From the sequence record SRR2962707_896: DNA of 20,000 nt; one strand, given 5' to 3'. Under the pieces are notes generated by a model, which was given only the letters and a program-made list of their open reading frames with translations, was not told the origin of the DNA and searched no databases. This document shows, one piece after another, positions 1-8,524 of this stretch. Made by a program: the position numbers and the translations under genes. The number at the start of each line of letters is the position of its first letter. Positions within the stretch are counted from its first letter, which is position 1.

Positions 1-1966
1 CCTCGCGGGCTGCGGCAGCGATAGCGACAATCACGGCGGCCCCTCCAGCCCTGATACCCAGACAGGTACCTTTATCGACAGCCCGGTGGCCGGGATCGAT
101 TACGTCGGGACCGAAACCGTGGCGGGTATCACCGACCAGGCCGGTCAGTTCCACTATCAAAGCGGAGAGCAGATCACTTTCTCCATTGGTGAATTGAAAC
201 TGGGCAGCGCGGAAGGGGCGCCCCAGCTCACCCCGCTGAACATCACCGAGGACGCCACCTCCGCTGAAGACGAACGCGTGAGCAACAAACTCATTCTGCT
301 GCAGTCACTGGACCAGGATGGCGATTTGAACAATGGCATTCAAATCACCGATATGATTCGCTCACAGGTTTCCGACAACGCGGAGATCATCAATTTTAAC
401 CAGTCGCCTGACCAGTTCCGGGAGGCTCTGCAATCGATCCTCACCGATCTGGAAAACAACCAAGTCTTCTCGGATACCGATCCACGCCCACGACGTGTCC
501 GCTACTTTGACGAAGCAGTGGAGCATTTCACCCGCTCCATCAGCCGGCGGATCGTCGTCGCCACCACCGGCGGTGACCTGCGTGGCTTCGAAGCAAACGA
601 GAACACCTGGCAATTTCTCGGCATCCCCTACGCTAAACCACCCCTCGGCGAACTGCGCTGGCGGCCGCCGGTGAAGCCCGAACCCTGGGAAGGCATCCGC
701 GACGCCGTGGCCTGGGCCGACCAATCCGCCCAGGCCACGGCTTTGGAAAGCGTCAATGAAGGCGGCATGAGCGAGGATTCCTTGTACCTCAACATCTCCG
801 CTCCGAAAAACGCCGACAACCTGCCGGTAATGGTCTGGTTCCACGGCGGTGCCTTCGCCATTCTTTCCGCCAACTCCAGGCAGTACAACAACCCGGACAG
901 CCTCACCAGCAAGGGAGTAGTACTGGTAACGGTCAACCATCGCCTGGGACCGTTCGGCTATATCGCCCACCCCGAACTCAGCGAGGAAAGCGGCTACGGA
1001 GGCTCCGGCAACTATGGGCAGATGGATCTGGTAATGGCACTAGAGTGGGTGCGGGACAATATCGCCGCCTTTGGCGGAGACGCCGGCAACGTCACTCTAT
1101 TCGGTCAATCCGGCGGCGGCGGAAAAACCTATTCACTGATGAATTCCCCCCAGGCCGCTGGTTTGTTTCACAAGGCCATCGTGATGAGCGGCTTCGCGCC
1201 TCTGGAAACGGGAGGCGCGCCAGGGGATTCACTGGCAGAATCCGAACTCGTGGGCACCGCCCTGTTCGACCGGGCCGGCGTCGATACCCTGGAGCAAGCC
1301 CGGCAGTTACCTTGGACCGCGTTCACCGATGCCGACGCGCAACACGGCATCCCACGCCAAACCTACCGGCCCAATGTGGATTACTACTATCAGCCCAAGA
1401 CCTACTATCAAAACGTCATCGACGGCATGCCCAGCGACGTCCCCCTGATGGCCGGTGTCACCGCCGGTGACTATCCCCATTTGCGCGCGGCCCTGCCTGT
1501 ATGGCTGAGCCAGCGTTCCTCGCATTATCAGTCCGACCAGTACGTTTATAAGTTCAGCCGGGTTCCATCGGGTTGGCTGAGCCGGGACATCATGAGCTGC
1601 CACGGGTGCGAATTACCCTACCTGTTCAACCATCCGGCCGGTCTGGTGCAGAACTATCAACTTGGGCTGGTCAACACGGTGGACGGCGAGAAGCCGGAAA
1701 TCGGTGATCTGAACGGAAACGGCATCGACGGCACGGACGGCGACGTAGCGGATGTCTTCGCTTCCATGAGCTACGGCCAGGACGATGAAACCGTGGTGGA
1801 GCTGATGATGACCATGTGGACCAACTTCGCCAAAACCGGCGATCCCAGCCCGGCCCATCTGCAGTGGCCCGCCTACACCGAGGACAACGGCAGCTTCCTG
1901 GAAATCAGGCAGGATACCGAAGCCTCGGTGGAAGCCGGCGTTGCGGAGGCCATGGGGTTGGAGTAA
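1..1966 (+). CDS. Lipoprotein carboxylesterase, type B family, with an extra N-terminal domain (5' end lies outside the window)
   Basis: The frame is open from base 2 (LAGC-GSDSD lipobox) and in frame with ORF 86..1966. Motifs: FLGIPYAKPP.G.LRW.PP, SEDSLYLNI, PVMVWFHGGAF, NVTLFGQSGGG (GxSxG), HGCELPYLF, MMTMWTNFAKTGDP. Confidence 0.92.
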   Translation, partial: LAGCGSDSDNHGGPSSPDTQTGTFIDSPVAGIDYVGTETVAGITDQAGQFHYQSGEQITFSIGELKLGSAEGAPQLTPLNITEDATSAEDERVSNKLILLQSLDQDGDLNNGIQITDMIRSQVSDNAEIINFNQSPDQFREALQSILTDLENNQVFSDTDPRPRRVRYFDEAVEHFTRSISRRIVVATTGGDLRGFEANENTWQFLGIPYAKPPLGELRWRPPVKPEPWEGIRDAVAWADQSAQATALESVNEGGMSEDSLYLNISAPKNADNLPVMVWFHGGAFAILSANSRQYNNPDSLTSKGVVLVTVNHRLGPFGYIAHPELSEESGYGGSGNYGQMDLVMALEWVRDNIAAFGGDAGNVTLFGQSGGGGKTYSLMNSPQAAGLFHKAIVMSGFAPLETGGAPGDSLAESELVGTALFDRAGVDTLEQARQLPWTAFTDADAQHGIPRQTYRPNVDYYYQPKTYYQNVIDGMPSDVPLMAGVTAGDYPHLRAALPVWLSQRSSHYQSDQYVYKFSRVPSGWLSRDIMSCHGCELPYLFNHPAGLVQNYQLGLVNTVDGEKPEIGDLNGNGIDGTDGDVADVFASMSYGQDDETVVELMMTMWTNFAKTGDPSPAHLQWPAYTEDNGSFLEIRQDTEASVEAGVAEAMGLE

Positions 1967-1985
1967 CCCTAAACAGAAACTGAGA

Positions 1986-2052
1986 GCCAATCGAAAATTG
2001 GCGCAAAGTGAGGTCTGGTCTTGTCTTGGGCTCAAAGAGAAGACCAGACCTC
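1986..2052. repeat. Two adjacent hairpins between convergent genes (bidirectional terminator or REP-like palindrome)
   Basis: GCCAAT/ATTGGC at 1986-2002. GAGGTCTGGTCTT/AAGACCAGACCTC is a perfect 13-bp inverted repeat at 2010-2052, with an inner TCTT/AAGA pair. Confidence 0.65.
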
Positions 2053-2081
2053 CTGTTCTCAAGCCGCTAACATCATTCCGC

Positions 2082-3305
2082 TCAAGCCTCAAACCCCACC
2101 CCGGGCTTTAGCTTTCGGGTCAGTGCCCAGAACACCAACGCCAACAAACTCACCACCGCTCCCAGGGCACAGACGCCCACCCAGCCTGAATACGCGTAAG
2201 CCACCGTGGTACTGATGGCACCAAGACCGCTGCCCACCGAGTAGAACAGCATATAAAGCCCCACCAGACGGCTGTGCGCTTCCGGATGCGTGCGAAAAAT
2301 CATGCTCTGGTTGGTAACGTGCAGCGCCTGGCCACCGAGATCCAGCAACACGATGCCAATCAACAGCGCCCACAGCGACCATGCCATCAACGATAGCGGA
2401 ATCCACGATAACAACAGTAATACCAAAGCGGCGGCACTGGTGTATTGACCGTAACCCCGGTCGGCCCAGTAGCCGGCACGGGCGGCAGCCAGGGCTCCGG
2501 CCGCCCCCACCAGCCCGAAGGCGCCGATCAGGGAGTGCGAGAACTCATAGGGAGGAGCGCTCAACGGCAGCACCAGTGCACTCCAGAAAATATTGAAAGC
2601 GGCGAACATCAGCAACGCCAATACACCGCGCACTTGCAATACCCGCTCTGTTCTCAGAAGCGCGAGCATGGAACGCAATAAACGCGGGTAGCTCATGCTA
2701 TCCGAAAGCACCACCAGAACCGGTAACCTTCGCCACAACGGCCAGGCCAGTGCCAACATCATTGCCGCCGAGCAAAAATAGACACCTCGCCAACCAGCCA
2801 CATCGCTGACACCGCCGGCAAAAACACGGGCCAGTAACAACCCGACGAACACGCCGCCCTGGGCCGCGCCCACCACCCGGCCCTGTTCATGGGGCCCCGC
2901 GGCGCTGGCAGCGTAGGCGATCAGCCCCTGGGTCATGGCGGTACCCAGTAACCCCACGGCGAGCATGCCCGCCAGCAACACCGGCGTTGATTGCGCCAGG
3001 GCCACCGTGATCAACGCGATCACCAGAGCCAGCAACTGCCCCGCCATCAACCGGCGACGGTCCAGCCGATCCCCCAACGGCACCAGTAGTAACAGAGCCA
3101 GGGCGCATCCCACCTGGGTAGCGGTAACCACGCCACCCACCGCCGCATGACTGATGCCGAAATCCAGCGCCAGCGTATCCAGTAACGGTTGCGCGTAATA
3201 GACATTGGCCACGCTCAAACCGCTGGCGGCGGCGAACAGCAGAACCAGAGCACGCGGTAATACAGCACGCGCCGTTGATGAACAGGAAACGGGGGACGTC
3301 GTCAT
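2082..3305 (-). CDS. MFS transporter (putative efflux)
   Basis: About 12 hydrophobic helices; ANVYYAQPLL and motif A LVPLGDRLDRRR. Start moved to the ATG at 3305 (MTTSPV) because the longer ORF start overlaps the divergent regulatory region. Confidence 0.9.
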   Translation of the reverse strand: MTTSPVSCSSTARAVLPRALVLLFAAASGLSVANVYYAQPLLDTLALDFGISHAAVGGVVTATQVGCALALLLLVPLGDRLDRRRLMAGQLLALVIALITVALAQSTPVLLAGMLAVGLLGTAMTQGLIAYAASAAGPHEQGRVVGAAQGGVFVGLLLARVFAGGVSDVAGWRGVYFCSAAMMLALAWPLWRRLPVLVVLSDSMSYPRLLRSMLALLRTERVLQVRGVLALLMFAAFNIFWSALVLPLSAPPYEFSHSLIGAFGLVGAAGALAAARAGYWADRGYGQYTSAAALVLLLLSWIPLSLMAWSLWALLIGIVLLDLGGQALHVTNQSMIFRTHPEAHSRLVGLYMLFYSVGSGLGAISTTVAYAYSGWVGVCALGAVVSLLALVFWALTRKLKPGVGFEA

Positions 3306-3372
3306 AGCATCCAGCCAGTTGCAAATAGAAACTGGTTGGATGCTATGCATTCCAGTTTTAAAATGCAACTAC
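3303..3372. promoter_or_regulatory. Divergent MFS/HxlR control region with two AGTT-N9-AACT palindromes (putative HxlR operators) and an 18-bp inverted repeat
   Basis: AGTTgcaaatagaAACT at 3317-3333 and AGTTttaaaatgcAACT at 3354-3370. The second read on the minus strand is AGTTGCAttttaAAACT, closely matching the first. Inverted repeat arms 3303-3320 and 3330-3347 have 1 mismatch. Confidence 0.65.
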
Positions 3373-3404
3373 AACATCCACCACCTGATATCATCGGAGA
3401 CGCC

Positions 3405-3848
3405 ATGCCCCGCCGACCCAGCTCTGACAGCACCTGCCCGGTGGCCCGCGCCGTCGATGTGATCGGCGATCGCTGGTGCCTGCTGATCCTGCGGGATGCC
3501 TTTGACGGCGTATGTCGCTTCCGGGACTTCCAGCGCGATCTCGGCATGGCCCGCAATATTCTCACCGACCGTCTGCGCCGCCTGGTGGATGCGGGTGTGC
3601 TGGACACCCGGCCGGCTTCCGACGGCACCGCCTATCAGGAGTATGTGCTGACCGCCAAGGGAAAAAGCCTGTTTCCCGTCGTTGTCGCGCTACGTCAATG
3701 GGGTGAGCATCACCTGTTTGCCCGCGGCGAACGCCATTCGTTACTGATCGACAAGAACACCGGCAAGCCGGTGCCCTTCATGACCCCTCGGGATGAGGAT
3801 GGCCATATGCTGCCCCCGGATCAGTCGGAAGTGAGGAAGCTGACGTAA
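3405..3848 (+). CDS. HxlR/DUF24-family winged-helix transcriptional regulator
   Basis: CPVARAVDVIGDRWCLLILRDAF..RFRDFQRDLG.ARNILTDRL..EYVLTAKG..L.QWG. GGAG RBS before the ATG at 3405. Confidence 0.92.
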   Translation: MPRRPSSDSTCPVARAVDVIGDRWCLLILRDAFDGVCRFRDFQRDLGMARNILTDRLRRLVDAGVLDTRPASDGTAYQEYVLTAKGKSLFPVVVALRQWGEHHLFARGERHSLLIDKNTGKPVPFMTPRDEDGHMLPPDQSEVRKLT

Positions 3849-3899
3849 AGAAAAGCACAGGCGAGGAGCAGGCACCGTCTCCTCCCCGCCCGGCAGGAT

Positions 3900-5726
3900 T
3901 CAATCCTGAAGGGGAATATCGAACGAATAGCTGGCGTGGGAGCCCGGGCCTTTTTCGATAAACAGAAAACCCACCGGCTCATCGTAGAAGTGGTAAGCGC
4001 GCCGGGGCCACCCCTCGTCGAACGAATGACGAACTTCGGCGATTTTTTTCAGATAACGGCCCTGCGCGTCCCGGGCAAGCACCAAATCAGGGATATGATT
4101 ATCCGCCGCCGCCGGACCAAAAAGCACCTGTTTCCTATGCATTTCATAGCCTTCGGGTAAATCATCGATGGCAACCCAGCGTACCTTGATGTCTGGCAGT
4201 AGCAAAACATCCAGTTCTCCACGGGCGCGCACTGGGGGCCGCTCGAAGCGATCCGGATGATACTCGATCCGATTGACGGTGAATCTCACCGGGCCCTTCC
4301 GATCCTCCGGATCAAACCGGTAAACCGGTTCGCCATCTTTATCCAGGAAAACCAGTTCCTCGACATGATCGAAGCGATCAAAGTCGGACACCAGGCGGTT
4401 GCTCATTTGCTCCGGAAAATGAAAGTACAGTTTGTCGGCTATCGGATCCGATAGCCCCGGGTTCACCCCCTTTTTGAATTCCACCTGGATCAGTTCATCC
4501 AGTAAGGCGGGGTCGGCTTCCAGCGGCTGGTCCAGTTCCCAATCGCTGGCGGTGTGATCATACACCCGGGCCCGCACACCAAAGGAACGTGGCTCGGCCT
4601 GGTTGTCCGGCACATCAAACTGTACCGATGTCAGATCCAGCGGCACGGTCAGCGTTGTCTCACCGGAAAGCCCTGGCAGCAGCACTTTCACCTGCTTCAC
4701 CGTGCCACGGAACGCCACCTCCACAAACAACTGCCTATCCACACCCTCAAACATGGCCTTCCGCTGCGCCTGCATGCGCTGCTCCATGGCCTCCTTGTCC
4801 TTCAGTTCGCCGGATTCCGCCGCGTCGATCAGCTGGTCCAGCATCTCGATGATCAGGGTATCGTCACCGGCCGGCCCTTTCCCTGTGCTGCTGCTCGACA
4901 ACAGGCGACCGGTGCTGTCACTGGCCTCCACCTCAATCTGATTGAACCTCTCCTCCGCCTCGGCAAGCGCCATATCTTCCGGCACCTTGAACAGCAACCG
5001 AACCCGATGCCCTTCGACTTCTTCCAAGGTGATGCGCCACCCGAACAACTCCTGATGGTCGCCCACATCGGAGGCTGAGAAATCGACTTCCGGCAGTGTT
5101 TCCGGCACGGTCAGGATCATCTCGCCACGTGCCCGTGCTATCGGTGACGGTGGTGGCGGCACCTGACCAATGGGCAGGTTTTCGTGTTTTTTCACCTGGG
5201 TGGTGAAACGCTTATATGAGGTATTCCACAACGCCACCGGAATCAGATTGCTTTGATCGGTGAACGGGTCCCGCTCCACCACCGGCAGTTCGGTGCCATC
5301 CGCCAACACCACCTGCTGCCAGTTGACCTTGAGGTCAAAGGGATACGCGAACGGGAGCTCGAGTCGCGCCTCCTCGGGACGGTAGCGCGGGTCATGGGTC
5401 AGCAGCACGCCGGCGGCCAACTGATCAGCCATGTCCTTCGTGTCTTTATAATCATCCAGGATCGCGTAGGGCGAGGTGCTATATTGCACCTCCTCCGGTG
5501 GCACCTGGCGCTCCAGGTCCCCTTCCCGTATCCAGAACATGACATCGGTTATCGACGCCAGTGTTTGTTTGACGTCCTGATCGGGCAGGGCTTCGATCCG
5601 TGCCTGATACTCCGCCTTCTGTTCTTCCAGGTCCTGCCTTTGCTCTTCGAGGGTCTTCTCCGAACACCCCGCCGACAACACCGCAAGAAGCGGCAGCCAT
5701 AAAAACAACAACGTCATTCTGCGCAT
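3900..5726 (-). CDS. Hypothetical lipoprotein (~608 aa) with an N-terminal coiled coil
   Basis: Long ORF with typical codon use. Signal MRRMTLLFLWLPLLAVLSAG-C (lipobox), followed by EEQRQDLEEQKAEYQARIE. GAGG RBS upstream of the ATG at 5726. Confidence 0.8.
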   Translation of the reverse strand: MRRMTLLFLWLPLLAVLSAGCSEKTLEEQRQDLEEQKAEYQARIEALPDQDVKQTLASITDVMFWIREGDLERQVPPEEVQYSTSPYAILDDYKDTKDMADQLAAGVLLTHDPRYRPEEARLELPFAYPFDLKVNWQQVVLADGTELPVVERDPFTDQSNLIPVALWNTSYKRFTTQVKKHENLPIGQVPPPPSPIARARGEMILTVPETLPEVDFSASDVGDHQELFGWRITLEEVEGHRVRLLFKVPEDMALAEAEERFNQIEVEASDSTGRLLSSSSTGKGPAGDDTLIIEMLDQLIDAAESGELKDKEAMEQRMQAQRKAMFEGVDRQLFVEVAFRGTVKQVKVLLPGLSGETTLTVPLDLTSVQFDVPDNQAEPRSFGVRARVYDHTASDWELDQPLEADPALLDELIQVEFKKGVNPGLSDPIADKLYFHFPEQMSNRLVSDFDRFDHVEELVFLDKDGEPVYRFDPEDRKGPVRFTVNRIEYHPDRFERPPVRARGELDVLLLPDIKVRWVAIDDLPEGYEMHRKQVLFGPAAADNHIPDLVLARDAQGRYLKKIAEVRHSFDEGWPRRAYHFYDEPVGFLFIEKGPGSHASYSFDIPLQD

Positions 5727-5856
5727 GGAAAACCTCGGAAATGGCAAACATCCTTATCGCCGCCCTGGCGGCTCCGCCTTCCCGCCAGGAACCGGCCTGT
5801 TCCGGCTGACATTCCCCGCGGACTTTTTTCATTGCCCGCTATCCTACCCCAAGGTG

Positions 5857-6675
5857 CTAGGCCAAGGCCTCCCCATCCGTCTCACCGAACGTCCCGGACT
5901 CGGCTTCGAAGACCAGAGTCTCGCCATCCTCGGGAATCAGCAGCTGTTGTCGCAGACCGGCGCGATCCCGGGCATCACGCAACTCGGCGCGGGAAACCGG
6001 GCAATGGTCCAGAGCTTCCAGATGATTGGCCACCACCCGCCCCGCGCTCAGCCGCGCCACCTGTAAAGCCGCTTCCCGACCCATAATGATGTCGCCGCCC
6101 AGGTCGAAACGGGCACCGCCGGCGGGGATCACGGTCACCGCCGGACGCCGCTCTCGCAAGTGCTGACGAACCGTGTCGGTGAGCAACGTATCGCCGGCCA
6201 GATACAGGCTCGGCTCATCCGGCCACTCAAGGTGATAGCCATGGCCATGGGCCATCATCCTCCCCACCAGACCACGGCCATGCAGGCAAGGTACCGGCGT
6301 GACCCACCCGCCCAGAAACGGCTGACGGGTATTCTCGCGCAAAGGCCGCACCGTCAGCCCCTTGCCGCTGAGGAAATCCGCGTCGCCTTCCATGCAGAAC
6401 ACCGCAATGCCGCGCTGACGCAGCCATTTGGCGCCGGCCCGGTCCAAGTGGTCGAAATGGCCCTTCTGACAATGAGTGATCAGCGCGTGGGTCACTGTGT
6501 TCAAGCGTTGATCCGTGCCCGGCGGCAGGTCCACCAACGGATTGCGGCGGCGGCGGGCGGTGGCGTATTTGAGGGCGGGAATGGCACCGGCCGGCGCCAG
6601 CATGGGGTCCACCAACACCCGGTGGGGACCAGCTTCAACGATCAGGGTGGCGTTGCGCAATTGGGTCAGTTTCAT
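5857..6675 (-). CDS. MBL-fold metallo-hydrolase
   Basis: RNATLIVE..RVLVDPML, ITHCQKGHFDHLD (variant HxHxDH), LYLAGDT, ANHLEALDHC. GGAGAG RBS. Confidence 0.9.
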   Translation of the reverse strand: MKLTQLRNATLIVEAGPHRVLVDPMLAPAGAIPALKYATARRRRNPLVDLPPGTDQRLNTVTHALITHCQKGHFDHLDRAGAKWLRQRGIAVFCMEGDADFLSGKGLTVRPLRENTRQPFLGGWVTPVPCLHGRGLVGRMMAHGHGYHLEWPDEPSLYLAGDTLLTDTVRQHLRERRPAVTVIPAGGARFDLGGDIIMGREAALQVARLSAGRVVANHLEALDHCPVSRAELRDARDRAGLRQQLLIPEDGETLVFEAESGTFGETDGEALA

Positions 6676-6727
6676 GTCTCTCCTCCAAACGAGGGGCCAT
6701 TGTAGGAAGGGACACGCCGGGCTAATC

Positions 6728-6763
6728 TGGCAAGAACTGACAATAACCGGACAATTTCAGCCA
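6728..6763. promoter_or_regulatory. Putative GlxA/AraC-family operator in the divergent promoter
   Basis: TGGC-N7-GACA followed by GGAC-N7-GCCA, directly abutting the regulator start codon. The assignment is by analogy only. Confidence 0.4.
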
Positions 6764-6765
6764 CC

Positions 6766-7704
6766 ATGAATCTTGGTCTGCTGCTCTACCCTGGCTGCCT
6801 CCCCACCGGGCTGTTCGCCGCCTCTGACCTGCTTCTGGCCGCCAACCTGCGTCTGGGACGGGAGCTGTTCCGTTTCCAATGGCTGAGCCCGGACGGGCGG
6901 CCGGTGGCCTGCGCCAACGGCCCGGCCCTGCCCGCCGAGCCGCTGGGCGACGCCCGTCTGGATGCACTGTTGATACCCGGCGCCTGGCGCGACGCCGACC
7001 ACGTGCCCGCTCCCGGTGACGATGCCCTGGCCGCGGCTCTGGCCAGCCTGGACCATGACGTGCGCCTGCTCAGCTACTGCACCGGCGTCTGCCTGGTGGC
7101 GGCGGCCGGAAAACTGGATGATCACCCCGCCACCACCACCTGGTGGCTGGCCTCCGTGGCGGGAAAACACTGGCCAAAGGTACACTGGAAACTGACCGAA
7201 ACCGCCGTCCACGGCCCGCGCCACGCTACCGCCTCCGGGGTCAACGGCCACCTGCCTCTGACAATGCGGCTGATCGAGGAATATGGCGGTACCGCGGTGG
7301 CCGAGGATATCCACGCCGCCATGGTGTTGCCCCGGCCCGGACGTCACCACACGCCGTTTCAGACCCTGACCGCGCTGCTACAACAAAGCCCTCTGATCCG
7401 TCGCCTGGTGCACTGGGTGGAAGCCACGCCGGCCACCGATCTCACCCTGCCTCGAGCGGCGGCCCACCTGCACCTCACCGAGCGCACTCTGGCCCGGCGC
7501 CTGAAAACGGAAACCGGCGACAGCGCGGCCCATCTGATTCGTCTGATTAAGTTCAACCAGGTCAGCGACCGCCTGCTCACCAGTACCGATCCGGTGGGGC
7601 GCATCAGCGATCTTCTGGGGTTCGCCGACGACACCACTCTGCGGCGCGGCTTCAAGCGGCTCACCGGCCTGACTCCGGCGGCCTACCGGCGCCGCTACGG
7701 CTGA
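6766..7704 (+). CDS. GlxA-family AraC transcriptional regulator (DJ-1/PfpI sensor domain plus HTH)
   Basis: DALLIPG, SYCTG..LVAAAGKLD..ATTTWW; C-terminal TERTLARRLK.ETG and LLGFADDTTLRRGFKRLTGLTPAAYRRRY. Confidence 0.92.
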   Translation: MNLGLLLYPGCLPTGLFAASDLLLAANLRLGRELFRFQWLSPDGRPVACANGPALPAEPLGDARLDALLIPGAWRDADHVPAPGDDALAAALASLDHDVRLLSYCTGVCLVAAAGKLDDHPATTTWWLASVAGKHWPKVHWKLTETAVHGPRHATASGVNGHLPLTMRLIEEYGGTAVAEDIHAAMVLPRPGRHHTPFQTLTALLQQSPLIRRLVHWVEATPATDLTLPRAAAHLHLTERTLARRLKTETGDSAAHLIRLIKFNQVSDRLLTSTDPVGRISDLLGFADDTTLRRGFKRLTGLTPAAYRRRYG

Positions 7705-7756
7705 TTCTTTCTTTTGGGGGCTCTTCTGAGCAGCGGAGCGAGGTGTGCGTCTTGAT

Positions 7757-8308
7757 TCAGTTCACGGCTTCCGGCGCCCGGATCGCCTTGCTGTAGAACC
7801 CCGAAGGATCAAAGCAGCAGACCCGTTTTTTGCCCGAGGCCAGCATGTCGCAGGCGTCATCAATCCGCTTGGCACGGGTCTTGGCCTGTTTGGCGGTGGT
7901 GATCCAATGAATCCAGTCGACACGGGCCAGAGTGGTGGTGGCTTCCCAAACCGCCCTGGCCTCCGGAGCAGCCTGCAAAGCCTCCCGCAGATCCTCGGGG
8001 ACCTCCGGTTCCGGCTCCCGAGCCACCGGACTGATTTCCAACCGGGCGACATCGCCGAAGGTGGTGCCGGACGCTTCCATCAACGGCTGATCGATGCGAA
8101 GCCAATGGCTCTTGCGGCCGTCCGGTTCCAGCAAGACCCGGAACGCGTGGCCGTTCAGTGTGGCATCCACGGAGGTGCGGCCCCGTCTGGGCAGCTTTGC
8201 GCTGACCTCTCCGGGCAGTATCACGAAAGCCCAGGGCTCACCGTCGCCTTGCTTTCGGGGGCAAAGCAAACGCGCATCAAAACAGGATTTCTTGTCTTCT
8301 CCGGTCAT
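7757..8308 (-). CDS. DUF1905 plus YdeI/OmpD-associated (OmdA) domain protein
   Basis: WAFVILP..RGRTSVDATLNG..LEPDG..HWL; then EPEVPEDLREAL..ARVDWIHWITTAKQAKTRAKRI..MLASGK. Confidence 0.85.
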   Translation of the reverse strand: MTGEDKKSCFDARLLCPRKQGDGEPWAFVILPGEVSAKLPRRGRTSVDATLNGHAFRVLLEPDGRKSHWLRIDQPLMEASGTTFGDVARLEISPVAREPEPEVPEDLREALQAAPEARAVWEATTTLARVDWIHWITTAKQAKTRAKRIDDACDMLASGKKRVCCFDPSGFYSKAIRAPEAVN

Positions 8309-8524
8309 ATTCCATTCCTGACGTTATCCGGGAGCAGCAAGGTGGCGGTGAGATTCAGCGAATCCCAAGTTTGCCAAGGCGGGGTCCGCTGTCAACCGCG
8401 GCGCCCCATAGCGTGCCGCCCTCAGGCCAGCTCCGCCAATGGGTACTGGCGACGGCGCCTCTTGTTCCAGCTCATCCCTGCTCCCGTCGATTCGCCCACG
8501 CCGACTCCGCGGCCGGCGCGCCTT

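Noticed and set aside
3306-3404. Longer ORF-finder starts for the MFS (3368) and HxlR (3336) genes
   Set aside because: They would overlap head-to-head across the operator region; better RBS-associated starts are at 3305 and 3405.
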